Below, in pieces: positions 11,881 to 23,383 of a stretch of DNA of 64,000 nucleotides. How positions within the stretch are numbered: position 1 is the first letter of the stretch; each line of letters starts with the position of its first letter. Both the position numbers and the translations under genes were made by a program. The stretch lies in the NCBI GenBank assembly GCA_030264375.1, contig JASCQW010000032.1, forward strand, positions 38,451,229 to 38,515,228. The letters are read 5' to 3'. This stretch comes from Carcharhinus longimanus. Lineage: Eukaryota. The notes beneath the pieces were generated by a model that worked only from the letters and a program-made list of their open reading frames with translations, made no database searches and was not told where the DNA came from.

Positions 11881-12491
11881 GGGGGAATTTTCTCCATGCT
11901 GAGCCAACAGGTTCAATGGTGGGCAGAAGGGGGAATTCAGGCGGGTGTCCAAAAATAGGTTTTATGTCAGTCTGGATTTCCCACTGATGCCCACCATGGC
12001 AGATTGGGGAACCCACTGAAAACTGATTTGCATCCCACTAATGACGTGCAAATGTAGGCCTGAATAGAATCCCACTCCCCACCCCCAACCCCCAAGTCCA
12101 ATTCAAGATGCCAGCGGGAAAATTTTATTCTGGAACATGCCTGGAACAACATGGCGTGCAGAAGTCAGGATTCACCTGCTTGGCGTGCCTCTGGAGTTTG
12201 GGACGAAAGCTGCCTGGACTTTGGAATGCCATAGCAATGTGTGAGGACCATCTTACTTCTTCAATGGTGGGTTAGTGATGCTGTGGTGCACCTTTTAAAT
12301 ATGGCACCCAGATATAATGGCAGCACACGCCAAATTCTTCACTCTGACTGGCCTGCCCCTTCATAAGATAGGATGCAAAATTAGTAAGTTTAGGCCAGAA
12401 GATGGTTTTCCGCTGGGCTCTATAGCAGAAAACACTCCCATTATCACCGCTGCCACAGGACTAAGTTCCAGATGGGAGAATGTTGCTCTTA
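11881..12491. mobile_element. GC-rich MITE-like insertion
   Basis: Starts GGGGAATTTTCTCCAT, ends ATGGGAGAATGTTGCTC (imperfect TIR); GC-rich island in an AT-rich intron. Confidence 0.45.
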
Positions 12492-12662
12492 ATTTGTATA
12501 ACCTTCCACTCTCCACAATCCATCTTGAAGTGAAAGTTCAGATTTTCACTTTTTAACAGATTTCTCTTGTTGAAGCCTAACTTCACTGAATAAATAAAAA
12601 ATATATCCATACATTTGGGTATTTGTAATGTTGATCCATCTTGAAATGCCTGTCTTTTACAG

Positions 12663-12953
12663 ATCGTAAAATCCCACCAACCTTCACTAAAAAACCTCTG
12701 GAACAAATACATGATACAGAAGGAAAATCTATAAAACTTGAGGGTCGTGTTTCTGGTTCACAACCAATATCTGTAACCTGGTTCAAAGATGAACAAGAGA
12801 TCCAGCAAACTGAAAATTATGACATGTCATTTAAAAACAATGTAGCAATACTGAACATTAAAAAAGCACATCTTAATGATTCTGCTGTTTACACATGTAA
12901 AGCAGCCAATGAAGCAGGCACTGCAATGTTTACTGTGTCAGTTTTGATCAAAG
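12663..12953 (+). CDS. TTN: TTN Ig exon (DRKIPPTFTKK..KLEGRVSGSQP), approx. human I78
   Basis: cag|..|gttagt, 291 nt. Confidence 0.95.
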
Positions 12954-13492
12954 GTTAGTAATGAAGATAATTATTTATTTTTAGTGCCTGATGACAGTGG
13001 ATAAATAAACAAATGTGTGCAAATTCTCCAGTTGATAATTTAGTCAAATATATTGGGTTTCTTAAAGACTTTACCAGACATCCTTTATTATTCTTCTGTC
13101 TAATATGCATTCTAAACTCTTTACTTGTTGTCAGTTGTTATCAACATTTCCTTTAGATTTTGGCCGGAATTCTCCATTTCTTGGACAGGTTACCAGATGA
13201 AACATTATGTGAAGTGAAGGTGCTAAACACCTCCAGAAATAGTATTGCCCAACATCAACGCATATTTTGATAACAAATTATAAAGTACCATTAATGTTAT
13301 CCAGACTACTAAACCCTCCTGGATGAAAGAGGAGATGTGATGATGCGAAACAGCAATAGCAGTGGGTAACCTGAAAGGGGAGAATGGGTATGGACTGGGT
13401 AAAATAGACAGTTTGAAAAATCCTTGATTGTATGTTTGATGCTGGCAGGCTTTTCTTTTTAAATACTCACCTGCAATTTATTGTTGTTTTAG

Positions 13493-13780
13493 AACTTTTA
13501 AAGCCTCCTGTCTGTGACATACCACTTAAACCAATGACAATAACCGAAGGAGAGTCATTGAAGCTTAGCTGCCATGTCCATGGGTCTGAACCAATTAAGA
13601 TACAATGGTTTAAAGACAGAAAAGAAATTAAGCCATCTGAAAGATTGAACATGACCTACAAGGATGGTACAGCTGCTCTGGAATGTAAAACATCTACTAA
13701 ATCAGATAGTGGTGACTACCTCTGTAAAGCTACAAATGAAGCTGGAACTGTCTCTTGCAAAGCCAAGCTAACAGTCCAAG
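13493..13780 (+). CDS. TTN: TTN Ig exon (ELLKPPVCD..LSCHVHGSEPIKIQW), approx. human I79
   Basis: tag|..|gtatga, 288 nt. Confidence 0.95.
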
Positions 13781-16119
13781 GTATGAGGTTGATACGAAAT
13801 AAACTGGCATTGTGATGTGCATACCATAAGGAGGCTACAGCTCTTACTAATCATGTTTTGTTAAGTTTATCGAACCCCTTTAGCCTTACTGCATTAAGAG
13901 AAAAATCAATGGCGCATTGAGATCCATTACTTGAAGCATTGAAACATTGACGTGATCCACACAGCCATATAGGTGACACTGGATCATTGGACCATTAACC
14001 AGTTGTTAAGTTTACCATTAGCAATGTCAAAACCAGGCTTTTTCATTGGCCAAATATGCCTCATGTTGCCAGTAGTAATCTTTGATTAGGCAATAAAGGT
14101 GTTCTCGCAGATCTTGCAAGCCGCTTGGATCAGGATCCTCTTGCTAAGCTAGACGGAACATTTTTAAAAGGAAGAAAACGTTACTTCATACTTTTGAATT
14201 CTTAAATCACGTATTTTTTTCTTGCAGTTAAATAGCAAATGCTGTTACATGCTGGTTAACTACATTTCATATCTCACAGACTAAATATATACATATAATA
14301 ATAATATATAAAACTCTAGCTCTGTTTGATACAATACCTTATTATCACTGCTGTCTTTTAAATGCTACCAAAAAAATCTTCATTTGAAGTTTAATTCCTG
14401 ATGTCTTTAACCACAATATTAAATTAGTTCATGTAGTTTTAATTATATAAATATGGTACAAGACTTAAATTGTTCTTAAACAGACAATTAATATGTTATT
14501 TATTGAGGTGTAATTTCAACATGCAGTATGTGCACCAGGACTTTCATAATTTTTCATGGTATCAAAACGATATCTTAGTCTGTAATCATTTTGTTTCATC
14601 TTATTACATAATTTGTACAGGTAATTGGACTTCATGTCTTGCATGAACACATTTCAAAATACTATAAATAACAATCATAGAAATTGGGATCGGGCCATAC
14701 TTGATTAATAAATATGGAGGCAGCTCTAGCCAGTTTTTTGTTCTTCCACTTAATGTAATGGTAATAAATGGGGACCTAACACTAACACTAACAAATGGAC
14801 TCCCAAATCTGAATTCCTATGTTCCCACATGCATAATGCAAAAGTTACCATGCACAAAAATAGACACATTCTACCTATTTTGCAGTGGTGGATGTATTAA
14901 AGAAGTGTTTTCAAAGTTGCTAAATAAATATCTTAGCAGTACTTGCACTGAATTGCTAACGTTTGTAATGCATTTCATTCACAACGTCCTGAAGAGTTTA
15001 TTCAAAAATCTCTCATCGGTGAGATATATGGGTCAATCATATCAGTTCTCGAAAAAGAGAGGAAAACTGAACCTCTAAGTAACAACAAGAAGATATTTAA
15101 CATAAATTTTGCAGCTGTAGACTTGTTAGCATACTTCTTCAATGTTATAGCATATTGCCAATGTCATGTCAAGGTGGATTTCAACTTTTTTCGCATATTT
15201 ATTATTTATAATGTACATTTTTGTATGTTTGATGGTAGAATGTTAATTTCCCACTTTTCACAAGAGAAAATTTGCTCAGTTCTACATACACAGATCAAAA
15301 TATTTGGAGGAGCATGTTATTCTTGGAAAGGAAGATGTCAGTGATCGGATCCATCAAACAACTTAGGGACTTCACATGCATCTAAGTAACCTATAGATTC
15401 CAAGACACATTACTTCTCAACAACACAAACTTGAAGAACCACATCTGGCAATACAATTGTCTCATGAAACTCATAATTGGATGAAGAGATGAAAACTTCT
15501 TTCACATCATCAATGCAGAATGTTCCATTGGAGATTTTTCACAATCTTTAAAATTTTTAATTCATCCATTTTTATGGTTGGAGGCAGATTTAATATCTAC
15601 TATCAACACCCCAGTCTCAAATGAAAATTATTTTTCATAGACCCTTGGAAGAGATTTCTTAGAAAAAAACCCCATTGCTGTTTCAATGTTATCAGCTGGA
15701 GAGAAGTGTAAATCCTGCTGATGATATCCTAAAATAACTGTAAATGGATTTAAAATCTGGCAGGGATAAAGGGCATCATCGGGCTTTCAACAAAGGCCAG
15801 ATCATAAATTTTGAGTTAACTGAAAAATTACACGTTTCATTTAACTTGTATTGTTTTCATATCTGACACTTTCTCAAAGACATAGTGACATAATGCAAAT
15901 CAAAATACCCCAATGCAGAGCTGTAGCTGCCCAGTATTTTGTGCCTTAGCAATCCATATGTGAAGTGAAAAAAAACCTTTCATCTGCATTTGACTTAAAT
16001 CATCCACTAAATGGTAAGAAATTAGATTAAAATTAAGCACCCTACAACTTGTATATGTAGAAGGTTACGGGAGGAATAACAGGAGATTATAGTTTAATGT
16101 AAATATAGTTTAAAAATTG

Positions 16120-16700
16120 GCAAGTCATGTTGCAGCTTTATAGAACCTTAGTTAGGCCGCACTTGGAATATAGTGTTCAATTCNNNNNNNNNNNNNNNNN
16201 NNNNNNNNNNNNNNNNNNNNNNNNNNNNNNNNNNNNNNNNNNNNNNNNNNNNNNNNNNNNNNNNNNNNNNNNNNNNNNNNNNNNNNNNNNNNNNNNNNNN
16301 NNNNNNNNNNNNNNNNNNNNNNNNNNNNNNNNNNNNNNNNNNNNNNNNNNNNNNNNNNNNNNNNNNNNNNNNNNNNNNNNNNNNNNNNNNNNNNNNNNNN
16401 NNNNNNNNNNNNNNNNNNNNNNNNNNNNNNNNNNNNNNNNNNNNNNNNNNNNNNNNNNNNNNNNNNNNNNNNNNNNNNNNNNNNNNNNNNNNNNNNNNNN
16501 NNNNNNNNNNNNNNNNNTGGAAGCAGGTACGTTAGTGATTTTTAAGGGGTGTCTGGACAAATACATGAATAGAATGGAAATAGAGGGATATGGTCCCCGG
16601 AAGGGTAGAGGATTAGTTCAGTTGGGCAGCATGATCCATGCAGGCTTGGAGGCCTGAAGGGCCTGTCCTGTGCTGTAATTTTCTTTGCTCTTTGTTAGTT
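16120..16700 (+). mobile_element. CR1 LINE 3' fragment (mostly N gap)
   Basis: LYRTLVRPHLEYSVQF motif; FKGCLDKYM and GGGCCTGTCCTGTGCTGT tail. Confidence 0.85.
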
Positions 16701-17172
16701 CTTTATAAATTTTACACCATTATGATTGTTGAATAATGACAATCATTTGAAGTAAGCAACATCTGCACTGAACCACAGGGTATAAGATGCAATTCACTGT
16801 TCAAACACTACTGCTTCTTTATATTGCTAGCATAGGTACAATATAGATTCATATAGACTGAATTCAGACTCAGACCTTCCCTAACTACACAACAAAATAA
16901 AAGAATTGGGTCTCATTGCTCCTCTGCAGCCTCAATGCCAACCCTAACTCCAGATTTGCATACACAGACTGAAATCTGCATGGAGGTGAGATCATGTTTG
17001 TAGCATAAATGCGCACCAAAATGCTTGGCCAGACTTTTAAATCTTCAAAAAATATATTTTTTGCAATCATATTATTTACTCCTGGCATATTCAACTTGTT
17101 TGCTTGTGAGAATTTTGACATTGTAAACTAAAGCAATGCCATTCAAAATAATTTTAACATGCTCTGGTTTAG

Positions 17173-17262
17173 AAAAAGCTGCAGCAAAGAAAGTCGTTTC
17201 TCCACCACAGCCAGACAAGATCTTCTTCATTGAGAAACCAAAGAGTGTGAAAGTAATAGCAA
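17173..17262 (+). CDS. TTN: TTN N2A exon: linker and start of I80 (EKAAAKKVVSPPQPDKIFFIEKPKSVKVIA)
   Basis: tag|..|gtaagt, 90 nt; matches the position of human KKAAVDGRLFFVSEPQSIRVVE. Confidence 0.9.
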
Positions 17263-17676
17263 GTAAGTGCACTTTGGAATACTTCCTCTCGTGCATAATG
17301 TTTATTAAAAAGAAACATTTCTGAATAATGCAAAACACGTCAAAGCAAAAATGAGCAAGTAATTACAGCGCTACACTATCGACTGTCAACGAGAAGGTAT
17401 TAGGGTAAATTTTTATCTGAAAGTAGATTCACATTCATTCTTCTAGAGAAAATTAATTACTTTTGTTGGGTCACTCAGCAGAAAGAGAACGCAAAACAGG
17501 GTTCCGTTACTGTATCATTTAAGCACATAACGTTACGCATCAAGTGAAATGTGAATGCCTTTTTTAAACAAAATAGAACAACATCAAGTTCATAGATGTT
17601 TGGTGGGAAAATTATAGAGAGTAGAAGTTTAAAAGACATTTTCATTGATATTTTTCATTTATATTCTACATTGCAG

Positions 17677-17959
17677 AGGGTGTAGCAACATTCATTGCAA
17701 AGGTTGGTGGTGATCCAATTCCAAATGTTAAGTGGATGAAAGGCAAATGGAGACAGATTAACCATGGTGGCCGAGTTATTGTACAGCAAAAGGGACAGGA
17801 TGCCAAATTGGAAATTAAAGACGTGATAAAAACTGATGCTGGACAGTACAGATGTGTCGCGTCTAACAAATCTGGCGAAATTGAAAGCAGCGTAAGTTTG
17901 GAAATTGAAGAGAAGAAAGAAGTTATTGTTGAAACAGACTTCAGAGCTAAACTGAAGAA
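17677..17959 (+). CDS. TTN: TTN N2A exon: I80 (ATFIAKVGGDPIPNVKW...DFRAKLKK)
   Basis: cag|..|gtaagt, 283 nt, phase 1-2. Confidence 0.97.
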
Positions 17960-18302
17960 GTAAGTATGTTAGATTTGGTGAGATTGTTTAAGGTTCTGAT
18001 TCAAAATATGAATGAACAAATGATATTTAAATGTAGTGTTTGTCATTTTAAAATTACTTTTCCTGATTACCAGAAAAAATAGTGAATGTTCATGAAGTTT
18101 AATGAAACAGAATTTTTTTCAGTCCAGCAGCTTTATTCTCAATTTTTTACTATTTCATTTTGTATGGAAATTGGCAACATAATTTTATAGAAGAACATCA
18201 TTGACTTTAGTTTTGGTCCACGAGCTTGTATATTTTATTTAATTTACATTTCATTTACAATGCAGTAATAATGCATTAATATATGTCATTTATTTTGAAA
18301 AG

Positions 18303-18486
18303 AACACCTTCCAAACAAAAGGAAGAAGAAGTAGACAAGGATATTGACATTGTAGAACTGCTAAGGAATGTTGATCCGAAGGAATATGAAAAGTATGCCC
18401 GCATGTATGGCATTACTGATTTCCGCGGTCTGCTTCAAGCCATTGAACAGCTGAAAGCCAGCAAAGGAGATGAAACTCACAGAGTG
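18303..18486 (+). CDS. TTN: TTN UN2A unique insertion, first exon (MARP/CARP-binding helical region)
   Basis: aag|..|gtgagt, 184 nt; encodes VELLRNVDPKEYEKYARMYGITDFRGLLQAIE. Confidence 0.97.
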
Positions 18487-18622
18487 GTGAGTTACTTCCT
18501 GATCATTTATCTGTGTTAATACTGTGGTGTATACTACAGTTTTTATGCAGAATAAAGATCTTACATAATCATTATGCTGTACATTTTTGTAATTGCCTTT
18601 AACTCATTGTCACTTTATTAAG

Positions 18623-18709
18623 GAGTTGGAAGAACATGAACGAGGCCCTGAAGAAGAGGAATTCAATGAACTCATCCAGTATATCCAGCAAAGAATAGAA
18701 AAGGTTGAG
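18623..18709 (+). CDS. TTN: TTN UN2A second exon (ELEEHERGPEEEEFNELIQYIQQRIEKVE)
   Basis: aag|..|gtaaga, 87 nt, phase 0-0. Confidence 0.95.
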
Positions 18710-18821
18710 GTAAGATCTGTGCTACAACGAATTAATAGTGACCTTGAATTGCATTCTAACATAATGTTAACATTGTTTTGCTTCAAATGACTATTTTGTT
18801 AAAAAAAATTGTTCTCTGCAG

Positions 18822-19089
18822 CCTATTGAATTAATCAAGGACATTGAAGATCAAGTTGTACGTACAAATGGGGTTGCAGTATTTGAATGTGCAATAAAGA
18901 TAAACTATCCTGAAATCAAACTTTCCTGGTACAAAGGAACTGAAAAGTTGGAATCAAATCACAAGTATGAAATTAGTATTGATGGTGACATTCATCGCTT
19001 AAAGGTCAAAAACTGTACGCTGCAAGATCAAGGCAACTTCCGCATTGTCTGTGGCCCACATATCTCTAGTGCTAAACTGACTGTTGTCG
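18822..19089 (+). CDS. TTN: TTN I81 exon (PIELIKDIEDQ..KINYPEIKLSWYKGTEKL..CGPHISSAKLTVV)
   Basis: cag|..|gtaagt, 268 nt. Confidence 0.96.
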
Positions 19090-19175
19090 GTAAGTACCGT
19101 TTGCAGTTTTAATTCTGAATATTCTTTCCTCTCATGAACTCATCTAACTTATTTGCATTGCACTATGTTTTCCAG

Positions 19176-19436
19176 AACCTATAGTTGAACAGCACCTTGA
19201 AAATCTTTCTGGTAAGGAAGGTCACATTTGTATCATGGTTTGCCAGTTTTCCTTACCAAATCTGAAAACGGAGTGGTTTAGAAATGGTAGAAGAATTGAG
19301 GGCCGAGGCAGATATTCCATAGATGTTGTGGATAAGTTGCAGAAAGTCACTATTAGTGACTTGAAACCAGAAGATCAAGGCCGATTTACTTGCAAGTTTG
19401 AAGATCTTGAAACATCTGCTGATCTCCACGTTGAAG
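19176..19436 (+). CDS. TTN: TTN I82 exon (EPIVEQHL..CKFEDLETSADLHVE)
   Basis: cag|..|gtttgt, 261 nt. Confidence 0.96.
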
Positions 19437-19526
19437 GTTTGTGGTTTAACCAAATGATCGTAACTGAGTTGCACTTAGATTAATTTTGTACAAGTGTTAT
19501 ATTGTTTCTGTTCTTGTGTGTTGTAG

Positions 19527-19736
19527 CACAACCAATTGAATTTACAAAGACAATTCAGGATATTGTGGTGAAAGAACATGAATCAGCTGTGTTTGAATGT
19601 GAAGTGTCCTTTGATGATGCCATTGTAACCTGGTTTAAAGATACAGTGGTGCTTAAAGAAAGTCCGAAGTACAGTTTCAGAAGACATGGACGACGACACT
19701 TTATGACTATCCATAATGTCACAACAGAAGATGAAG
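19527..19736 (+). CDS. TTN: TTN I83, first exon (AQPIEFTK..FECEVSFDDAIVTW..HNVTTEDE)
   Basis: tag|..G|gtgtgt, 210 nt. Confidence 0.93.
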
Positions 19737-19818
19737 GTGTGTACAGTGTAGCCATTAAACATGACACTTTTAATACAGTAGTTATCTATACAAATCTATC
19801 TGCATACTTGGGTTAAGG

Positions 19819-21180
19819 AAAAGCAATGAAGATATGTTAAATGTATAGAATCTTGATTAGGCCACAATTAAAAGTACTGTGCACAGTTCTAATCTCCATG
19901 GGCAGATTGGGCATTCTGTATGCTGTCTACCCACCCTTACCTGCCCTGTTGTGATTTTACCAGCAGCGATGAGACATCATGCAGTCTTGCCTGTGGGTCA
20001 GTTGAGGCCCTTAGGTGGGTTCCCACTTTAAGGGCAAGAGGGGTTTGCATCCATTTCAAGCCCCCATACCTTTTGATGCCCCTGACCCACTCACCACCAT
20101 TATTCCCTTTCCAGCCAGCCTGTCCGCCTGACTGCACCCCTCCCCTCACCCTCGTCAATGACACTTGACAGTCTGGTCCCAGTGAGGCCCCAGACTTGCT
20201 GTCACAGCTGCATTTTGGCATGCTTCAGCCTGGAACCCCCTGCAAATCCAACATTAACACTGCTTCCGGTGCCACTGCTGCAAAGAGAACTGCTGGCCAT
20301 TTCATTTCCCAGCAGTTCTCTGAGGAGGGCCTTCTTTCACAAGGGGAGCAAGCAGGTAGGCTTGCTCCTAACATTTATGACAGTGTTGGGCACCCAGCCC
20401 CAAAATTCAGCCTCATGTTACAGGAAAGCATATCGAGGCACTAAGGGAGATACAGAAAAGATTTACAAGGTTGATGTCAAAATGGATAGCTTTCCAACAT
20501 AAGGAAAGAGTGCTCGAAAAGATAAAGGCTGAAAGTGACCTGAAAGAAATGCATAAAAATAGGGAAGGGTTGGATGGAATAGATGTAAAAAAAAGTTTCA
20601 CTTGTGGAGCTGTTCAAATCTAACAGTCTAGTAGCCACTAATAAGGAGTTCAGGAAAAGCGCCTTTACTCAGTGAGTGATTAGATTGTTTAACTTGGTGC
20701 CACAGAAATATTTAAGGCAAATGGCACAAATGTATTTAAGGGGAATTGGCATAAGGGGGAAAGGTGGCATGTTGGCACAGTGGTTAGCACTGCTTCCTCA
20801 CAGTGCCAGGAATCCGGGTTCAATTCCGGCCTTGGGTCACTCACTGTCTGTGTGGAGTTTGCATGTTCTCCCCAAGTCTGCCTGAATTTCCTCCGGGTGC
20901 TCCAATTTCTTCCCACAAAGATGTGCGTGTTAGGTTGATTGGCCATGATAAATTGCCCCTTAGTGTTGGGGGACTAGCAGGGTAAATACCTGGAGTTATG
21001 GGTGTTGTCATCGCAGGCTCAATGGGCCAAATGTCCTCCTCCTGCCCTGTTGGGATTCTCTGATAGAAGAGGAAGGATATATTGATAGTGAAATGACGTA
21101 GGGTGGAAGAACCTCATGAAAAGCATAAACATTAGCAAAGAACTTCTTTGTCCTGATTGGCCATTTTCTGTGCTGTGAAT
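19819..21180 (+). mobile_element. Decayed CR1 3' fragment interrupted by a MITE (~19899-20412) and an HE1 SINE
   Basis: LY..LIRPQL.YC-like sequence at 19840-19897 resumes at 20413 (QKRFTR-like) and ends in a CTGTGCTGT tail near 21177. Confidence 0.65.
20763..21064 (+). mobile_element. HE1-type tRNA-derived V-SINE, full length
   Basis: A box TGGCACAGTGG, B box GGTTCAATTCC, V-domain TGTGGAGTTTGCATGTTCTCCCC, CR1-like tail. Confidence 0.9.
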
Positions 21181-21245
21181 ATTACACAATACTGATTTAA
21201 AATAGGACGTTGGTAAATATAGGAATATAAAATTGTATTTTTCAG

Positions 21246-21323
21246 GGGTTTATTCAGTAATTGCTCAACTTGAACCAAGAGGTGAAGCTAAAAGTACTGC
21301 AGAACTTTATGTATCAAGCCAAG
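21246..21323 (+). CDS. TTN: TTN I83, second exon (GVYSVIAQLEPRGEAKSTAELYVSSQ)
   Basis: cag|..|gtaggt, 78 nt; near-identical to human VYSVIARLEPRGEARSTAELY. Confidence 0.95.
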
Positions 21324-21436
21324 GTAGGTGCAATTGTAAATTAACACATCTTTTTCATAAAACTTTTTCATAAAACTAAAAGGTTTCCTTTATAATTTTA
21401 CTAATTTTCACTGATGCTAAAATCTGTTCTCTGCAG

Positions 21437-21463
21437 AAATCACCTTGAAGCCCAGAAAACCTG
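21437..21463 (+). CDS. TTN: TTN 27-nt N2A/PEVK linker microexon (EITLKPRKP)
   Basis: ctgcag|..|gtgggt, phase 1-1; resembles human EIKLELKPP. Confidence 0.8.
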
Positions 21464-21803
21464 GTGGGTAATCTGTTTCAAAAAAAATGTTTTAGTCTAC
21501 TTAAATTCTCCTTAATGCTGCAGTGAAGTACATGCAGAACTAATTATTTTCATCTTCACTGAGGCAAAAGATTTAATTGTGCAAAAATGAAATGTGGCGG
21601 TATCAAGTAACTTATTTAATTAATTGCAAATATTTTTATTTGTATTTTTTCTTTATTTTGTGTTTAAAACAATAAGCATGTACAAGAGAAGCCAGTGATC
21701 AATAATTTAAAAGCTGCCACTGGCTTGCCTATTTGTCAATGATGTTAATATTCTTGTTCAAGTAGGTCAAATATTAAAATCTGAAATGCTATTTAAAAAT
21801 TTA

Positions 21804-22539
21804 GGCTGGAATTTTGGAGGTGGAAAGGGCATGTCTTTTAACAGGATTGTGGCAGACCAAAACCCATCAGCCTTCACATCTCTGCCAGAATTAAGTTCTG
21901 GGCAGCAAGGCCCATGGTGACTTTCCATTCTGGCCTAATTGAGATCCTTAAGTGGCCAACTAATGACCACATCACCACCAATAATCCAGCTGCAGGCAGG
22001 CCTGTTGCCATGCAATGTGCATAACACATAAAACTTGTGAAACCAACTTGTCAATTCCATGGGTGGGGTAGGTCCATCGTGGTTCTTCAATCAAAGATGC
22101 CTGATCAAGTGACTGGATATCAGGAAGGGAATGGCCTGCTGTGACCAATGGCTCTGCCCTTGCTGTCAATCCCCTTCCACTGCTCTCAGCTAGACTGCAT
22201 CCCTCCCTGCAACGGCACCCCGCTCCTCTGCATTATTTACCTGTGGACTGGGTCGCTCCACCATTCAGGGACTGTCCATTCAGCAGCAGCCATGGCCTCT
22301 CCAATGGTAGCGCTCAGTACTAGAACTGTCATCCTCTGATTAGCTGCCAACTCTTGGTAGGTGTGACTTCCATCCCCACGGATTTGTTTCCAGGGGAAGG
22401 CCCACCAGTGGGCTTGCCACTACCTGTTTTATCAGCAAATTCCCCCCCTCCCCGCCCCCAAAAAGAAACACCCTAGGTCTCATGCTGGCTCTGCAGCCAG
22501 CAGACGAGAACTCCAACACCCAAATCAAGATTCCTCCCT
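21804..22539. mobile_element. MITE family shared with 19899-20412, 27397-27930 and probably 57620-57985
   Basis: Ends GGCTGGAATTTT / AAGATTCCTCCC; shared internal AATTGAG..CCTTAAGTGG core. Confidence 0.55.
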
Positions 22540-22724
22540 TAATTTCATTTCTTACATTAAATAGTTTAGTAAAGTAATAATGTGATAAATGTGCAGAAAG
22601 AATGGAAGAACAAAACCTAATTACCATTCTTATTGTATTGTTCAAATGTCTTTGATATTGGAATTCCATTTGGAAAAAATTGCCGGTTACAGATAAGCAA
22701 GCAGATATTGTGGAAATGTTTTCT

Positions 22725-23187
22725 CAAGGATGTGCTGGCCTTAGACAGGGTCCAGAGGAGGTTCACAAGAATGATCCCTGGAATGAAAAGCTTGTCATAT
22801 GAGAAATGGTTGAGGACTCTGGGTCTGTACTCGTTAGAGGTTAGAAGAATGAGCGAGGAATCTTATTGAAAATTATAGGATATTGCGAGGCGTGGATAGA
22901 GTGGACGTGGAGAGGATGTTTCCACTAGTCGGAAAAAACTAGAACCAGAGGGCACAACCTCAAGCCAAAGGGGCGATTCTTTAAAACTCTTTGCCGCAGA
23001 AGGCCGAAGAGGCCAGGTCATTGAATGCGTTTAAGACAGAGATAGATAGTTCTTGATTAATAAGAGGATCAGGAGCTATGCAGAAAAGGCAGGAGGAGGG
23101 GGAGACGGAAAATATCAGCCATGATTGAATGGCAGAGCAGACTCGGTGGGCCAAGTGGCCTAATTCTGCTTCTATTTCTTATGGTCA
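22725..23187 (+). mobile_element. CR1 LINE 3' fragment
   Basis: KDVLALDRVQRRFTRMIPGMKSLSYE..LGLYSLEVRRM; GGCCTAATTCTGCTTCTATTTCTTATG tail. Confidence 0.9.
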
Positions 23188-23383
23188 AAGGAGTCTTGTT
23201 CAATTGTTTATTTGTCAAAATCACGTTTTGAATTCTTGCCACATTTTTCAGCAAATTTTTGAAGTTCCCCTGAGTCCTGTATCCCACTTCGTGCCCTTTT
23301 CAATGAGCTGCATTAACGTATTTTGCTTGACTTTTTGGAATTATATGTTACTAACGTATGTTTCCCTAATTTCTATGTTGTAG

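Noticed and set aside
171-19767. Antisense ORFs over Ig and N2A exons (e.g. 571-819, 9922-10269, 10411-10692, 19555-19767)
   Set aside because: Shadow ORFs of titin coding exons; no independent evidence for an antisense protein gene.
23265-23383. Possible PEVK exon starting tttgaag|TT CCC CTG (VPLSPVSH..)
   Set aside because: No phase-1 G|GTA donor, composition is not PEVK-like, and the frame ends at TAG 23381-23383.
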